From a virus: a DNA stretch of 64,000 bases. Each line of letters begins with the position of its first letter. The stretch's first letter is position 1. Made by a program: the position numbers and the translations under genes. Positions 7,396 through 21,900 of the stretch are shown in pieces. The DNA lies in IMG/VR virus record IMGVR_UViG_3300020183_000040, positions 1 to 64,000 of that record. The stretch is one strand, 5' to 3'. Under the pieces are notes generated by a model that was given only the letters and a program-made list of their open reading frames with translations, was not told where the DNA came from and ran no database searches.

Positions 7396-7844
7396 TGGCA
7401 AGTTTCTATTACGGAGAACCTACAAAAATTATAACTGGGAAGGAGGTAGTCCCTCTCAGCAAGAGTTTTCGTGATATTGACATTGCCTTTACACCTCATC
7501 CATCTACTGAAGATGTTTCAAGTAAATATAATGATCAAGCAATCAAGCAATCGCTAAAAAACTTGATCATGACCACTCCAGGGGAAAGATTTTATGAACC
7601 TGATTATGGTTGCCAAGTTAGTCGATTGTTATTTGAACCACTAGATGCATTTTTGTCAGATCAAGTGAAAAATGAAATACTAAATACAGTTGAACGTTTT
7701 GATCCGAGAGTATTACTTATTGACGTAACCGTAACTCCAGAATATGACCAATATTTCTTGTTCGTTGAAATAGTCTATAGAATTGTAGGACAAGCACTAA
7801 CCCAAGAGTTGAATTTCATTCTAGAAACACCAGTCCAAGCATAA
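7395..7844 (+). CDS. gp25: Baseplate wedge subunit gp25
   Basis: AIKQSLKNLIMTTPGERFYEPDYGC...LLFEP...ERFDPRV. Confidence 0.93.
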   Translation: MASFYYGEPTKIITGKEVVPLSKSFRDIDIAFTPHPSTEDVSSKYNDQAIKQSLKNLIMTTPGERFYEPDYGCQVSRLLFEPLDAFLSDQVKNEILNTVERFDPRVLLIDVTVTPEYDQYFLFVEIVYRIVGQALTQELNFILETPVQA

Positions 7845-9982
7845 TGCAACCTACTAACCTAACATCTATCAATTTTGATGATATCAAATCATCAATCAAA
7901 TCATATCTAAGAACTCGGACTGAGTTTACAGATTATGATTTTGATGGGTCTGCATTATCCTATCTAATTGATATTCTTGCATATAATACTTATTATTCAG
8001 CATTCACTGCAAACATGCTGATCAATGAGTCATTTATACACAGTGCCACTATGAGGAGCAATATTGCTGCCATAGCAAAAATGCTGAACTATGTTCCTAA
8101 ATCTAGGACTAGTGCAAAAGTGTGCATAAAACTTACAATACCAAAAGCAACACTCTGCCCTGATACTACATACCCTCTTTCTGTAACTCTTGATAGAGGA
8201 CCAGTTTTAGCAGCAAAAAGTTTCGTATTCAATACCCTTACAGAAAGAACAGTACAAGTGGATAGTCTGGGGGTAGCAGTTTTTGATAAAATGCTTCTTT
8301 ATGAAGGAACTCTTGTTGATTTTGAATATACTGTAGATACATTTCGTAGACAAAGGTTTGTTATTCCAAACAGTGATGTAGATATTGATACGTTACAAGT
8401 ATTTGTAAAACCTAATGCTCAATCTACTAGCATTGACTCATACATCGAATCGACAAATATTACAGATGTTGACTCAACATCAAGAATTTATCACATCAAT
8501 GAGGGTCCAGACCTTAGATATGAAATATTCTTTGGTGACGGTACAATTGGTAGAAAATTGAAAGATGGTGAAATTATTATTCTACGTTATGCTGTCAGCA
8601 GTGGAGAGGCTGCAAATGATGTTCTAAATGCAACTTACGTTGGAAGATTGGTGGATAGTTGTGGTCATGAATATGATGCAGACGAAATAGATATTGAAAT
8701 TCTTGGTAAATCTCAAGAAGGGTCTGAAAGAGAGAGCGTAGAATCTATCAAATACAATGCACCTAGATTTTTTGCTGCTCAAAATAGAGCAGTAACTACA
8801 ACTGACTATGAGACTTTGGTTAGAAAAGTCTATCCAAACACTACAGCTGCAGTTGCTTATGGTGGCGAAAATCTAAAACCAGCAGTTTATGGTAAAGTCT
8901 TTATTTCGTTAGCAACTGTTTCTGGGCAAAAATTGAATGATACAATAAAAGATGAAATCTCTAAGGGTATGCAAAAGTATACTGTAGGTGCCCTAGAAGT
9001 TGTTGTCAAAGATCCAATATATCTTTATATTATTGCGAGAATTTTTGTAACATTTGATCAAAATAAAACTTCCCTAACAAATGCTCAAATTCAAAATAAA
9101 GCAATTGAAGCTGCAGAGCAATTTGCAAAACAATCTAACCTGAATAATTTTTCAGGTATATTTTCTACAACAAAACTAATCAAAGCTGTTAGTTTGGCAG
9201 ATCCCTCTATCGATGGCGTATCAACACAAACTTTACTTCTAAAGTATATTGAAACTAATCCAAATATAGTAGATTCGCACCAAGTTTTGTTTGGTACAGA
9301 ACTACTTGATAGTGCTCCATCTCAGAAAAATGTAGCATGTGATAAAGAAGGCGTTATACAAGGTGGACCGCTGTATGTCGATAGTGATCCAGACAAGCCT
9401 CTGTTTTTTACAGATGATGGAAAAGGAAAGATCTATCTTTATTATGACGATGGTGGCAATAAAGTAGTTGTTGAACCAAACTTTGGCACTGTAAACTACA
9501 AAACAGGCGAAGTGAATGTCGGACCAGTAAATATCGTAGGCGATGGTAATAACGTTCCACAGTTGCTCGACCCCGACGCCGATACTGAGGGTCTAACTAC
9601 GATCCCAGGACCAGGCGCTGATGGTGGGGGTGTTGGTGATGGCGGCGGCGGTGGAGAAGGCGCTGGTGGCGATGATACTGGCACTGGAGGAGGCGGCGGC
9701 GGTGGCAGCAACAACTTCGGAATTGGATCTAATCCACTGTCTATACCTGTTGTTGCAATTCCTGCCAACTCCAGCACTATTCTGCCAACCACTCCAGGAA
9801 CTATTATGGCATTTCCAACGGTTGATATTACTGTTGCACCTATAACTGCTACACCACCTCCAACCATTCCACTAAATAATATCAATCCAGGACAGTTTAT
9901 TACTCCTCCACCTGTTGTCATAATTCCTCCAAAGACAGCAGACTTCATAACCCCTGGCGTCGATATCAAAGGTTGCTTCTAA
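7844..9982 (+). CDS. gp6: Baseplate wedge subunit gp6, with a Gly/Pro-rich C-terminal extension
   Basis: FDDIKSSIKSYL..FTDYDFDGSALSYLIDILAYNTYY; ESIKYNAPRFFAAQNRAVTTTDY. Confidence 0.93.
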   Translation: MQPTNLTSINFDDIKSSIKSYLRTRTEFTDYDFDGSALSYLIDILAYNTYYSAFTANMLINESFIHSATMRSNIAAIAKMLNYVPKSRTSAKVCIKLTIPKATLCPDTTYPLSVTLDRGPVLAAKSFVFNTLTERTVQVDSLGVAVFDKMLLYEGTLVDFEYTVDTFRRQRFVIPNSDVDIDTLQVFVKPNAQSTSIDSYIESTNITDVDSTSRIYHINEGPDLRYEIFFGDGTIGRKLKDGEIIILRYAVSSGEAANDVLNATYVGRLVDSCGHEYDADEIDIEILGKSQEGSERESVESIKYNAPRFFAAQNRAVTTTDYETLVRKVYPNTTAAVAYGGENLKPAVYGKVFISLATVSGQKLNDTIKDEISKGMQKYTVGALEVVVKDPIYLYIIARIFVTFDQNKTSLTNAQIQNKAIEAAEQFAKQSNLNNFSGIFSTTKLIKAVSLADPSIDGVSTQTLLLKYIETNPNIVDSHQVLFGTELLDSAPSQKNVACDKEGVIQGGPLYVDSDPDKPLFFTDDGKGKIYLYYDDGGNKVVVEPNFGTVNYKTGEVNVGPVNIVGDGNNVPQLLDPDADTEGLTTIPGPGADGGGVGDGGGGGEGAGGDDTGTGGGGGGGSNNFGIGSNPLSIPVVAIPANSSTILPTTPGTIMAFPTVDITVAPITATPPPTIPLNNINPGQFITPPPVVIIPPKTADFITPGVDIKGCF

Positions 9983-9996
9983 ATTTTCTTGATAAA

Positions 9997-12900
9997 ATGA
10001 CACAAAAAATACAAGTCAATAAAGTATCTCGTGCCATTCGTGAGCAAGTTCCCGAATTTATCGATCGGGAGGATCCGCAGTTTGTAAAATTTCTTGAACT
10101 CTACTATAAATCTCAAGAAAAAACTGGTCTAAGTTATAATATTCTCAATAATCTTAGCAACTACCTAAACATTGATGAATATGATCTTCGTCTAATAGAC
10201 TCTGGTTCCTACCTCCTAGAAGATGTTGCAGTCGATGACACTACAATTGTAGTTGAGGACGTATATGGATTTGTAGAAGAAAACGGAACAATCAAAATTG
10301 ATGATGAAATTATTTTTTATGAGAAAGCAACCAAATCTCCAAACGTAGCAATTACTGATGGTATTTCATATTCAGCGTTTGTTGATAGATGGGTAGAACT
10401 TCAAAATCCTTATTTCCAATTTGATTCAAATACTGTCCAATTTGCTTTGAAATCAGGAGATCAACCAATCACTCCACCAGGAGCAAATTGGTTGATTGTG
10501 AAGGAATATGATACAATTTTGATTCCTGGTGTTGATTATGAAGTAAGTGCAAACTTTATCAATTTTACGCAAGCACCAAGAACTCGAAACAACTCTGATA
10601 CTGTTGGTAGTACTTCTATTTTTTATCTAAAGGGATTCAATCAAAATCCCATTAGAATATTGGATTCGATTGCATCACAGTTTGATGGTAATAAGAAACT
10701 TTTTGATCTAAAGTTGAGCAACGTTGCTTATACACCAGTTATTACAGAATATACACTTCTTACAATTTCAGATAAACTTCTTATTCCGAATGTTGATTAC
10801 AGCATTTACGGTAGTACTTTGATTCTAAAAACTGCTCCACCACAATACGCAACGTGTAATATTAGATCAATTGAAGCTCCAATTCCTTCATTTGGATCTG
10901 GAGCTACAGCTGTGCCCCAAATTGACAATGGACAACTTGTAAAAATTCTTCCAAAAACATATGGTACTGGATATGTAACTACAAATCCACCAAAAGTTTC
11001 GATTTCTTCAGGTGGCGGTAAAAATGCAACTGCAGTTGCATTGGTAAGTGGCGTTAGTAAAATGCGTCTACTTTCTGCTGGTCGAGGATATTCAACAACA
11101 AACCCACCAATTGTAGAAATAGAAAGTCCTGGAAATGGTGGAACAACTCCTGTAATTACTGCAAATGTTGAAAATGGAACTGTAACTTCTCTACAACTAG
11201 TATCTTCGGGTTCGAATTATAACTTTACTCCTCGGGTTTCATTCAAAGATCCTGGCGGTGCTGAAATAGGAAACCCACTCATTTCCAATGGATCACTTGT
11301 ATCTGGATCTATTTCTGTTATAAACAGCGGAATTGGATATTCTACACCACCTGTAGTTTATATTGATCCTCCAAATCTATCAACTGGTATTCAAGCGGTT
11401 GCAACTACTACTATCGTAGGCGGAAAAGTTACAGCAATTACTATTACAAATCTTGGAACTGGATATACTAGTGTGCCTAGAGTATCAATTATTGATCCAA
11501 CAACTGCTAAAGTTCTTGAAGTGCAGGTTGATCCGCAAGGTCGTGTTATTGAAATTGATCTTTTGAGCGGTGGCACAGGATTTACTGATATCCCATCAAT
11601 CTATATTATTGATGAGAGAAGAGATACTACTGGTCAATACATTGGAGGTGTCGGAGCAAAAGCTATCGCATCAATTTTCAATGGTGCGATTACAGACATT
11701 ACAATCACTAGTTTTGGTGAAGGTTATGATCCTAATAACCCACCAAAAGTTTTTATTCAAAGACCTCCTGTAGCAGAAGCTTCGGTTGAGATTGAATTTG
11801 ATGGAATAACAGACTATAAAATTATTGAACCTGGAAGTGGTTACTCAAAAGCACAATTTGAAGGGTGTGCAAGAGGAGTTGCTGGTCCAATTGGATATGA
11901 CGAAAGAGGAAATATCAAATTTCAACCACTAACTACAATAACTGAACACACTATTGAAAAAAGTAGTAAAGCAGATTGTTTAGATGGTCTTTTCTTGAAA
12001 AAGATGCTGACCAATTTTATTGACCAGTATCTACCAGATCTTCCAAAAATCGAACTAAAAAATATTGATGTAAATCAAGTTCTAAAAAATATTAGAGAAT
12101 TTTATCAAACTAAAGGAACAAGTAATGCAGTTTCTTACCTGTTCAAATTACTCTACCAGGAAGACGTATCAATATTTTATCCAAGAGAGCAGATTATAAA
12201 ACCATCTGCTGCTATTTGGTCTGTAGATACCATTATTCGTACAGTTCTTGTTAGTGGAAATCCAGAAGACCTGATTGAAGGTACTTTGATTCAAGAGGCT
12301 GATGCCGTAGACTTGACAATTGGATATGCTTCGGCACTTATTGAAAATTACCTCACACTTCAAACTTCAGAAACTACAATTTATGAATTGATTCTTGCCG
12401 AGGAAACTATTCTTGGGAAGTTCGCCATCCCATACAAAACACGCCTTGCAGAAAAAATCAATGAAACCGACAGTATCATTACTGTTGATTCTACTATTGG
12501 ATGGCCAGAAAGAAATGGAGAAATTCTTGTAGGAAATGAACTAATTCAATATAAAGAAAAATCTCTAAATCAATTCATTGAATGTACACGTTCAATGAAT
12601 AATGTTAGAGAAACATGGGATGCTGGTACGCTCGTAAAATCCAATTTTACAATTTATGTAAATAAGGGGCAAGATAATGAAGTACAACTTGAAGTATTAG
12701 GAATTGCTGAAGCTGGTTCAACAACCCTTAGCGATACTGGTTCATACTATCTTGCTGGCGATAAACTGTCTGTTGCAAAACTAGGAGCAACTTCAGTAGA
12801 TCCAAAACTAACAACTTGGGTTTATAATGTAAAAAAACTTCTCACAATCACTTCAATTGAAGGATCAGGAAGAATAGCTACAGCTCTTACCGATTCAAAT

Positions 12901-15900
12901 CATGGTCTCCTTGTTGGAGATGCAGTTACAATTTATGGTGCAAACCCTATTGTTTATAACGGAACATTTCGTGTAATTTCTATCAACCCAGATAATAAAA
13001 AAGAGTTTCAGTATCAAACCCTAAGCGATACTGGAAACATTGTTCCTCAGGGTAGTATTCTTGTTTCAATTGATTTGAATAAAGGTAGGTCTAGTAGTGA
13101 TTCGATCTATAATCAAATCAAGTATTACACAGTAAACGTTCAAAATGCATTTTTTGATCAGAATTATGTTTACGTTGCTTCAACTGGACTTCCAAACTAC
13201 AATATTGGTCCTTTTGGTACATCTGCACTAATTCCAGGTAATCAAAGAAAACTCAATAGATTTTTTCTAAACCCACAAACAATTTCATCTAAATCAAAGG
13301 TTACTCCTGGTGCAGTTGGAACATTTGTAAACGGAGTTTCTGTTTGGTCATATATCTCCAAAGAACAAAAAACATTTGGACCAGTTACTTCTATTTCAGT
13401 AACTAAAAACGGTCAAGATTATGATGCTGATAATCCACCTGTAATGACCATTTCAACTAGAACTGGAGAGACTGGTTCTGGTGCTAAGGGAGTTGTCATC
13501 GTTGATGGTAGCATCACTTCAGTTGAAGTAACCGATACAGGGTCAGGATATACTACAGTCCCTCTTGTGTCTATTGTTGGAGGAAATGGTTCTGGCGCTG
13601 CGGCAACGGCAATTATTTCTCAAGGTAAAGTTACTCAGATTCTAGTTACATCTGGAGGAACTGGTTACACTAATAGACCGTCTATTAGTATTTCAGGTGG
13701 GGGAGGATCAGGTGCTACAGCAGAAGCAAAAGTTCGTGGACCGATCAAAAGTGTTACTGTAAGTCAATCTGGATCTTCTTACAGTTCAAGTCCAGTTGTA
13801 TCTGTAAGTTCTGGTCAAGGTGCTCTTGCTCAACCAATTATTAGCAATGGACGTATCATTTCTATCGCAATCATCAATGCTGGAACTGGATATACAACAC
13901 CTCCTAACGTTTTCATTACTGGATCTGGATTTGGTGCTGTTGCAAGAGCAGTTATTGATACTGATGGAGAAAATGCTGGACGTGTAACTAGCATTTCAAT
14001 TGTAAACAGAGGTATTGGATATAGTTTAGGAACAACAAATATCAACCTAGTATCTGTCGGTACTGGGGCTGAGTTCACAGCAGATGTGTTCAAATGGACC
14101 TATAATCTCCAGGAAACTCTAGATACTGATTCTGTAAATGGGTATGTGTTCGATGGTTATAATACACAGTATGGTGGTGAATATGGACATGTATCAAATC
14201 CTCAAAGATTGAGATATGTTCTTGGTGATAGTGTTATTGAAAATGAGCAAACAGGAAATCTTTCTGAATCTGATCCACAAACTGCTGGAATTGAACACTC
14301 TCCTATTATTGGTTGGGCATATGATGGCAACCCCATTTATGGTCCATATGGATATTCAGATCCAACTGATCAGGGATCTGAAATTCAACGTATGATCACT
14401 AGTTATAAATTGAAGGATAATATTGTCTACAATGCACTTTCTAATCCAAATCCATCTAGAATTGATGGACCTCCATTGGATATTTGGGCTGCTGGTCAAT
14501 TTATTGAAGATTATGAGTATGTTTTTGGTCAAGGAGACTTGGATCAATATAATGGACGTTTTTGCAAAACTCCAGATTATCCAAATGGGACATATGCATA
14601 CTTTATAACTATGGAAGGAAATGCGGCAGGTACACCAGTATTTCCATATATTATTGGACCATCATACAACTCCATTGTTGATGAATGGAATCTAAATCGT
14701 AATGCAGTACAACAAAATATTCCTAAGGGGGTAATCAGATACAGAGATCCATTTGAAAGTGTAGATATTGATGTTGAAAGAAAACCAAATGCAGAATCTG
14801 ATACTATCACAACTGAATCTGGAGATCTCATCGTATTTGAAGTAGCAGATGAAAATGGTGATGGCATCATTGATCAATCTGAGCAGAACAATCCACCTAC
14901 TTTAGAAGAAGAATCTATTCTAGAAATATTTGATTATTTTCCAAGGATTCAATTTGATTCAAGAGTTGATATTGAAGTAGAGACAACTACTAAGTTTGAA
15001 GAAGCTAAAGTCACTGGTTTTCTCATTGAAAATCCAGGAGAAAGCTATCAGGTAAATGATAGACTCGTATTTGATAATGAAAATACTGGAGGATCTGGAG
15101 TTGCAGCTGAAGTTTCCTCAATTCAAGGCAAATCCATTGAATCTTACACATTTGAAACTATCAATGATATTCCTTATGGTGTAATTACAACTGATGAACC
15201 ACATGAAATTACTTATGGAGATAAAGTTGATATTCTTTACGAACCACAACTAGCAAATTCTACAAAACAACTAAAAGTTAGAGTTGTAAAAGGTATTGAA
15301 AAAATTACAGTACAAACTCCTGGGACTGGATACAATAAAGATGTTCCTATCGAAATTTCAATTGATGGAGATGGAATTGATGCAGAAATTAGTCCTGTAA
15401 TCAATCCTACTAATGGGACAATTACTGAATTTGAAATTTTGAATTCTGGTAGTGGGTTTACAAAAAATCCAAGAATTCTAATCTCACACCCGCAATCCCT
15501 GAAAAAAGCAGACTATTTTATTGCATCTTTACAAAATCAAAATAATGTAAAAGTTTTAGATATGTATGTAACTAGCAACAAAGTTACATATGTTTGTGGT
15601 GAAACAGTTGACTCAACTGGAAATGTTGTTGGTTTTGCTACAAAGTACTCTGCTCTTGGAGTAAAGCAGTGGAGTAAGACGTTTAGTTCGAAAAATCCTG
15701 TTGGAGGATTTAGGCAACTTAGATTGAAAAAATTAGCTTTCTATAATACAAAACTATATGTTGTTGGAGAAGTACATCCAAATATTACAACCCAAACAAA
15801 TTACAATCCAGATGTATTTTTTGCACGTTTGGATGAATCTGCAGATGGTCTTTCAGCATCTGTTGGTTTTAGCAAAGGTATTGCAGGTATTTCTGGATCT

Positions 15901-18900
15901 ACAAGAGCAGATCAAATCAATACCATCAAACAATATACAGATAATAGATTTTTGATTGGTGGGCATACAAATACTAATACATCATCTCCAAATGATGCAT
16001 TTGTTGCAATAATGACAGATGGCGGAGAATTTGTAACTAAGAGAAAACTTGCATCAACTACTAAATCTGAAAGCATCAAAGATTTCATCGTGCATGATGG
16101 ATTCATTTATGCTCTGGTTGAAATTGCCCCAACTCCAGCTTCAAATGCAACTACATTTGCTATATCTAAACTTGAAGTTGAACCATTTGGTATCGATCTA
16201 ATTTGGACTAAAGAAGTAACTCAAGCAGGAAACTATTTCAAAGATATTGCTTTTTCTTTGAATGAATATGATGAAATTATTGTAACAGCATCTCTTTTTG
16301 ATATTGCAAGTTCTACACAAACTGCTTTTTGGGTTGGTAAGTTTGATCTTGAAGTGCAGAATATTTGGAACTATAGAACTAATGTTACTGGTGCTAGCTC
16401 AATCACTACGGTTGGTCTAGGTATTGATATTTTTGGTGAGGTAAATCTATTGGTCAATAAAACTCTTTCTACAAATGGCGAAAGAGTAGTAGATATTGTA
16501 AAAATTGGATATGATGGTAAGGTAAAATCAGTTTCAAATACTAAAGTTCAAGATGGAGTTGATGGAGTTATCTCTTATGCTGGCGCTGTAGATGTATCTG
16601 GAGATGTACTCTTTGGCGGTCAAACACAGTGGAATAGAAATGAGTTTTCACTCATTTTTGATCAAACACAAACAAATCCAATTATAGATGTTAGCGAATC
16701 TTTTGCTTCTCCACCAACTTTGACTGCAACCAGTGGTACTCTAGGATCTGTTTCTGGAGCAGTCCAAAATAATAGATTGAAGTTCTTTGGTGTTCACAGC
16801 ACATCTACATATGCAGCAACATATTTGAAGTGGACAGATCCAACGTACAATCTTCAAACAGCATTTGGTAGCGGTAATGCATGGACATTGGAGTTCTTTG
16901 CATTCCTTCCATCGGCAAGATCATCAAATCTATCACAAACAGAGCATATTTTGTTTGCAATCACAGATAATGCAACTTCGTTCGGTGGCGTTGCACTAAA
17001 AATTGATCAATCAAATAAATCATTGAAATTGCTTTTGGCTGCAAATAATCAAGCACTAAACGCTGTTACTGCCATTACAACAACTGCAAATACATTTACC
17101 GAAAATCGTTGGCATCATATTGCAGTAACTAGAAGTAATAATGTATTCACTCTTTATGTGAATGGGACATCTGTTGCTTTTGGAACAGTTCCAAATGTTG
17201 TAACATCTGATAGAGATTTGTATTTTGGGAATGCTCCTGGTTTTATTACAACCAACGTATTTTCTGCAACTCAACAATTCTCTGGTGCATTGAATTTTAT
17301 CAAACTTAGAAATAGGACAATTTCCTCCTTTACAGTCCCAACAGATATTGCTAGCAGTACAACAGAAAATTATGTCTTTACTGATACAGATTATATTGCA
17401 AACTATACTCAGAAGTATGACTATATTCCTTATTTTGGTCTAATTGTCAAGAGTGATAAGAATAATGATGCGCTAAGATTGGGGGTTCATCCTAACTTAG
17501 GAACAAACTTTACTGGATTCAAAATCAATAGATCTCTAACAACATATTCTGTCCCATCACAACTAACTCTTGCATTTGGAAATTGGCTAGCAGGTCCAAC
17601 TGGTAATCAAATTCTAGATTTTGCAAATACTAATCTTACTGCGAATGTTGATGTAGATACAGTAACTCTAACTCAGGTGCAAGATATTTACTCATCTAGA
17701 ACAGCAACAGTTCCTGCCCCTGGATCAGTAAAAGTAAAAGTTGAAGCAAAGGTTGTTGGTAAATTCTTTATTCAATCTACAAATACTGTAAAAATTGATA
17801 ATATCCAAAAACTAATTCTAAATCAACCATTTACATTCACTAAAAAAAGTAAATTGGTCTTGAAGAGCACTACGGGTGTTTTCCGTAATAGTGCTTACAT
17901 TGTTGATATCGATAAAGCAACAAATTCAATACTTATTGCAGTTGCTCAAAATACTTGGTCTGATGATATTGGCGTAGGTCTCCTTTCAACAGAGAAGTTT
18001 GATGAATCTACAACGTATGGAATTACTGGTCCAGCACCAAATGATATCAATGTAATCTCCCAGTTTTATTTCCCACAAACTATAAACACTACACCAGGAA
18101 CATTTACTATCGATATGGCAACGGTTCCTTATCTTACAGGAACTCTTGATCAATATGCTAAATTTAGAGCATATAGTGAAACAAATTATTCAGTAAGAAT
18201 TGACGAAGTTGCTGCAAATGCTGCATATCCAAAAGGTTCTGTAGTTGCAATTCCAAATCCAACACAAAATCTAGCATTCAATGGAACTGGAAATACTAAC
18301 ATTACAATTACTGGATTGACTGGTGTTCTTGCAATTACACTAATATGCACCCTTGAGAAAAAACTACTGGTATCTTCTGTTGAAAATACTGATTCTGTAT
18401 ATGTGATTACTTCAAATAGACACTATCTAAAAGAAGGTGGAATGATCTTTGTTGATGGCAACCCAACAAGGACTGTGAATTCAGTAACATACGATGAATA
18501 TGATGGAGCATTCCCTGTAGATACTGTTGTTAGCGGGAAAGAATTTATTTACAAACTTCCAACCACTGCACTCACTTTACCTTCAACAACTCCAGCATCT
18601 GTTTCGATTTTTGCAAAATCTCCAGTCATCAAGATGTATTATGGTCATCAATATGAATTTGATGTCAGTCATACTTCCATGTATGGATATTTCTTATCTT
18701 TCTCAGAGGATAATCTAAACAAACTTGAATACTCATTCAATTCAATTTTACGTATTGGAGTTCCAGGAGTAGTTGCAGTTGGAAGCGTAATACCAAAAGT
18801 TCAATTCAAGGTTACAAAACCAGAGATTACAAATATTTCTTATTATTTTGATCCATCTAGATCTGGTGAAGATTCTCCTGTAGATCCAGGTGCTTACATG

Positions 18901-21900
18901 GATGTTGTTGATAGTCCTTATCTTGGCAGGTTCACAGTTGAATTCCTTGCTGGTGCAACTATCACTACAGGTCCAGATATATTCAAATTTCCACTCACTG
19001 ATGAACCAGAAGGACCTGCTCTCATTAGATTGAATTCTGATGGTGAACAAATTGATCCAAAATATGAAGCACTATCAGAAAAAGTAGTTGGAAAAATTGG
19101 TAGTATTAGACTTGTCAATGGTGGTGGATTCTATAGAAAACTACCAGTTGTAACTGATATTATTTCTAGCAGAAAAATTGAAAGAGTCAATATTATTGAT
19201 CCTGGAACTGAATATCAAGTTGGAGAATATTCTGGAATACCTATTCTTGGCGATGGTGAGGGTGGTCTTGTACGAATTACAGTTACTGATGGCGAAGATG
19301 CAGAGGGTAATCCAATTCCAGGTCAAATTAGTAGTGTAGTCATTACTAGTGCTGGTAAAGGATATAAAACTGCGTATATTGATATTCCATCTATTCCTGG
19401 GATACTTGGATCTGATTTGGCGGGTTCTGGTGCCGAACTAGATGTAGAAATCCCTCCATTTGGTAGTGGAGCATCTATTTTTACAACTGGTGCAAATGTC
19501 GGAAAAATCAAAAAACTAAAGAATAATAACTTTGGTTATGATTATCCACACGATTATACTCTAAGACCAGAAATTACATTCCCGATCAATGTCCAGTTGA
19601 TCAACACTAGTATTCTAAAGAATATTACTGTCACCAATCCTGGATCTGGATATTCTCAAGCTCCTACAGTTATTATCGAAGGTGGCGGCGGAAGTGGGGC
19701 AACTGCTGAAGCATCAATTAGGAATGGTAGAATTTATAGTATTGTGGTGAAGGATCCTGGATCTGGATACTCTTCAGAACCAACTGTCTCACTAAAATCA
19801 TCATTCAATTATGTAGTCAACCTTGACCTGGGACTTCTACAATTTTCATATCCTCATGGCATTCAAAATGGTGCCGCAGTTACACTACAGGTGACAAATG
19901 ATGGAGATACTATTGGCACATTCCCAATTGCTGGTGGATCAATTGGTGCTCTAAATTCAACTACAACATATTATGCAATTGCTGGCGCTGGACAATCCCT
20001 TGAACCTGATCAACTAAAACTTGCGATCACACCATCAAATGCAAATTTGGGTGATGCAATTACATTCGTAAATGCTGGAACAGGGCGCCAAATCTTACTT
20101 ACTAGTTCATTCGGTGGAGCTGCAAAAGCAATTGTTGGAACTGGAGAATTTCTTGCTGGAGAATATGTATATCAAGGTGATAGTGTTAGTAACCCAACTG
20201 CATTTGGTTATGTATCGAGTAATGGTGGATGGGAGATTGGTCCTAGACTCCTAAAAATTATAGATTATGAAGGAAAATTTGAAGAAGGTGCAAAGATAAC
20301 TGGAACTATTTCAAAATCTTCTGGCATTATCGCATCGCTGTCAATTGCTAGAGGGGTTCTGCAAATTGACTCTTTGACTAAGACTACAGGTCAATTTGTT
20401 GATGATCGTGGGAAACTTTCTGAAATTATTCAAAGAGTCCAAGATTCTTATTATTATCAGACATTTTCATATGCTGTCCAATCTCCAGTATCAATAACCT
20501 CTTGGAAAAACTTTGTCCTGAAGAATACACACCCAGCTGGATTCAAACTATTTGGTGAATTGAATATATTTGAGAATGCTAAAATTGCAAATAGAAAGAC
20601 TGATTTTGAACTTACTAAATCGGTGAATCTTGCAGACTCTGCAATTGTTCCTAATATTCAAAATTTTGCTCTAGTAGAACCAATTTACACTCAGTATGAT
20701 AATACGCAAGTTCTATTCAGACAAAAGAGACTAACGTCTTCTGAGAATATTTTGACTTCTGTTGTTCAACGTATTGATGATATCTCGAATCTATTTGATG
20801 GAGAAAGAATTGCTTTCCCAATTTCTGTTGCTCAAGAACCAGTCTCAGCATCAGTCAATCAATTGATGATTGTTCTAAACGGAGTCGTACAAAACCCAGG
20901 AACTTCATTTGGTATTCAAGGAAATCAAATCGTATTTTCAGAACCTCCGCAAGCACCAGCAAGCGTTAGATATGGAAATGTAGATATTGCATTCCAAACT
21001 GTGATACGTCTATCTTTTAGTTCAATATCTGGCATTTTCCCAACACTGGGAATGACTATAATTGCATTGACTAGTAGATGGAGAGGCACAGTAATTGGAA
21101 CTTCTGGTAATACTATCGATGTTTTCTGGAATGGAGCACCGAATAGTGATCTATCAACTCTTGGTGGTCTACAAGAATCTGAAGCGTCTCAATTTGGGTA
21201 TATTATTGGAGAAACGTTCAACGTCGGAGCTACAGGATTTATTGGAATATTGGATAGTGCTGTCGTTATAAAGAACAGCACAAATGCTAATGACTTCTTA
21301 TATGAATTCTCTGAAACTATTACTACGCTTGAGGGAGAACTAGCACAAGTAGAACAGATCAACCTGTCAGTTGGTCAAGAAATTCCTATTGCTAGACTAA
21401 GATATACTACTGGCGTATCAACAACTGCTATTGAGGTAATTGCATATAATACTTCTACCCCAACTAGAGTTCCTGACAATGTATTTGTAATTGGCAAATA
21501 TTATCAATTTGATGCTGAGGTTTTCAAAGTAACTGCAATAGTACATGCTACAGAATATTCAACTATAACTGTACAAAGAGCTCAACTAGGAACTGCTGCG
21601 GCACAACACCAAGCAAATGCTTCCATATATGGAACAGAAATCAATGTAACGGATAAACTAACTCTATCCAAAACAGTTGGAACATATCAATCAAAACCAG
21701 GTCTATTTGATATTCAACTATATGATATTATTGTTGGAGTTCAGTCTGGTTCTGTTGGATTTGTAACAAGGTCATATGCATACACAGACCCAACTACCAA
21801 CTTACCAATCAATGAGGTAGTTATTTCAGAAGGATCCTCATTCTTTGGACTTCTATTCAACAGAATTACTTCCACAGAATATGCGAATGTTATTCTTGAT

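Noticed and set aside
14839-14885. EF-hand-like DENGDGIID in the giant protein (similar DxNxDG motifs in gp15 and the 1178-aa protein)
   Set aside because: Short Dx[DN]xDG loops are common in virion proteins, and motif alone is insufficient for a functional claim.
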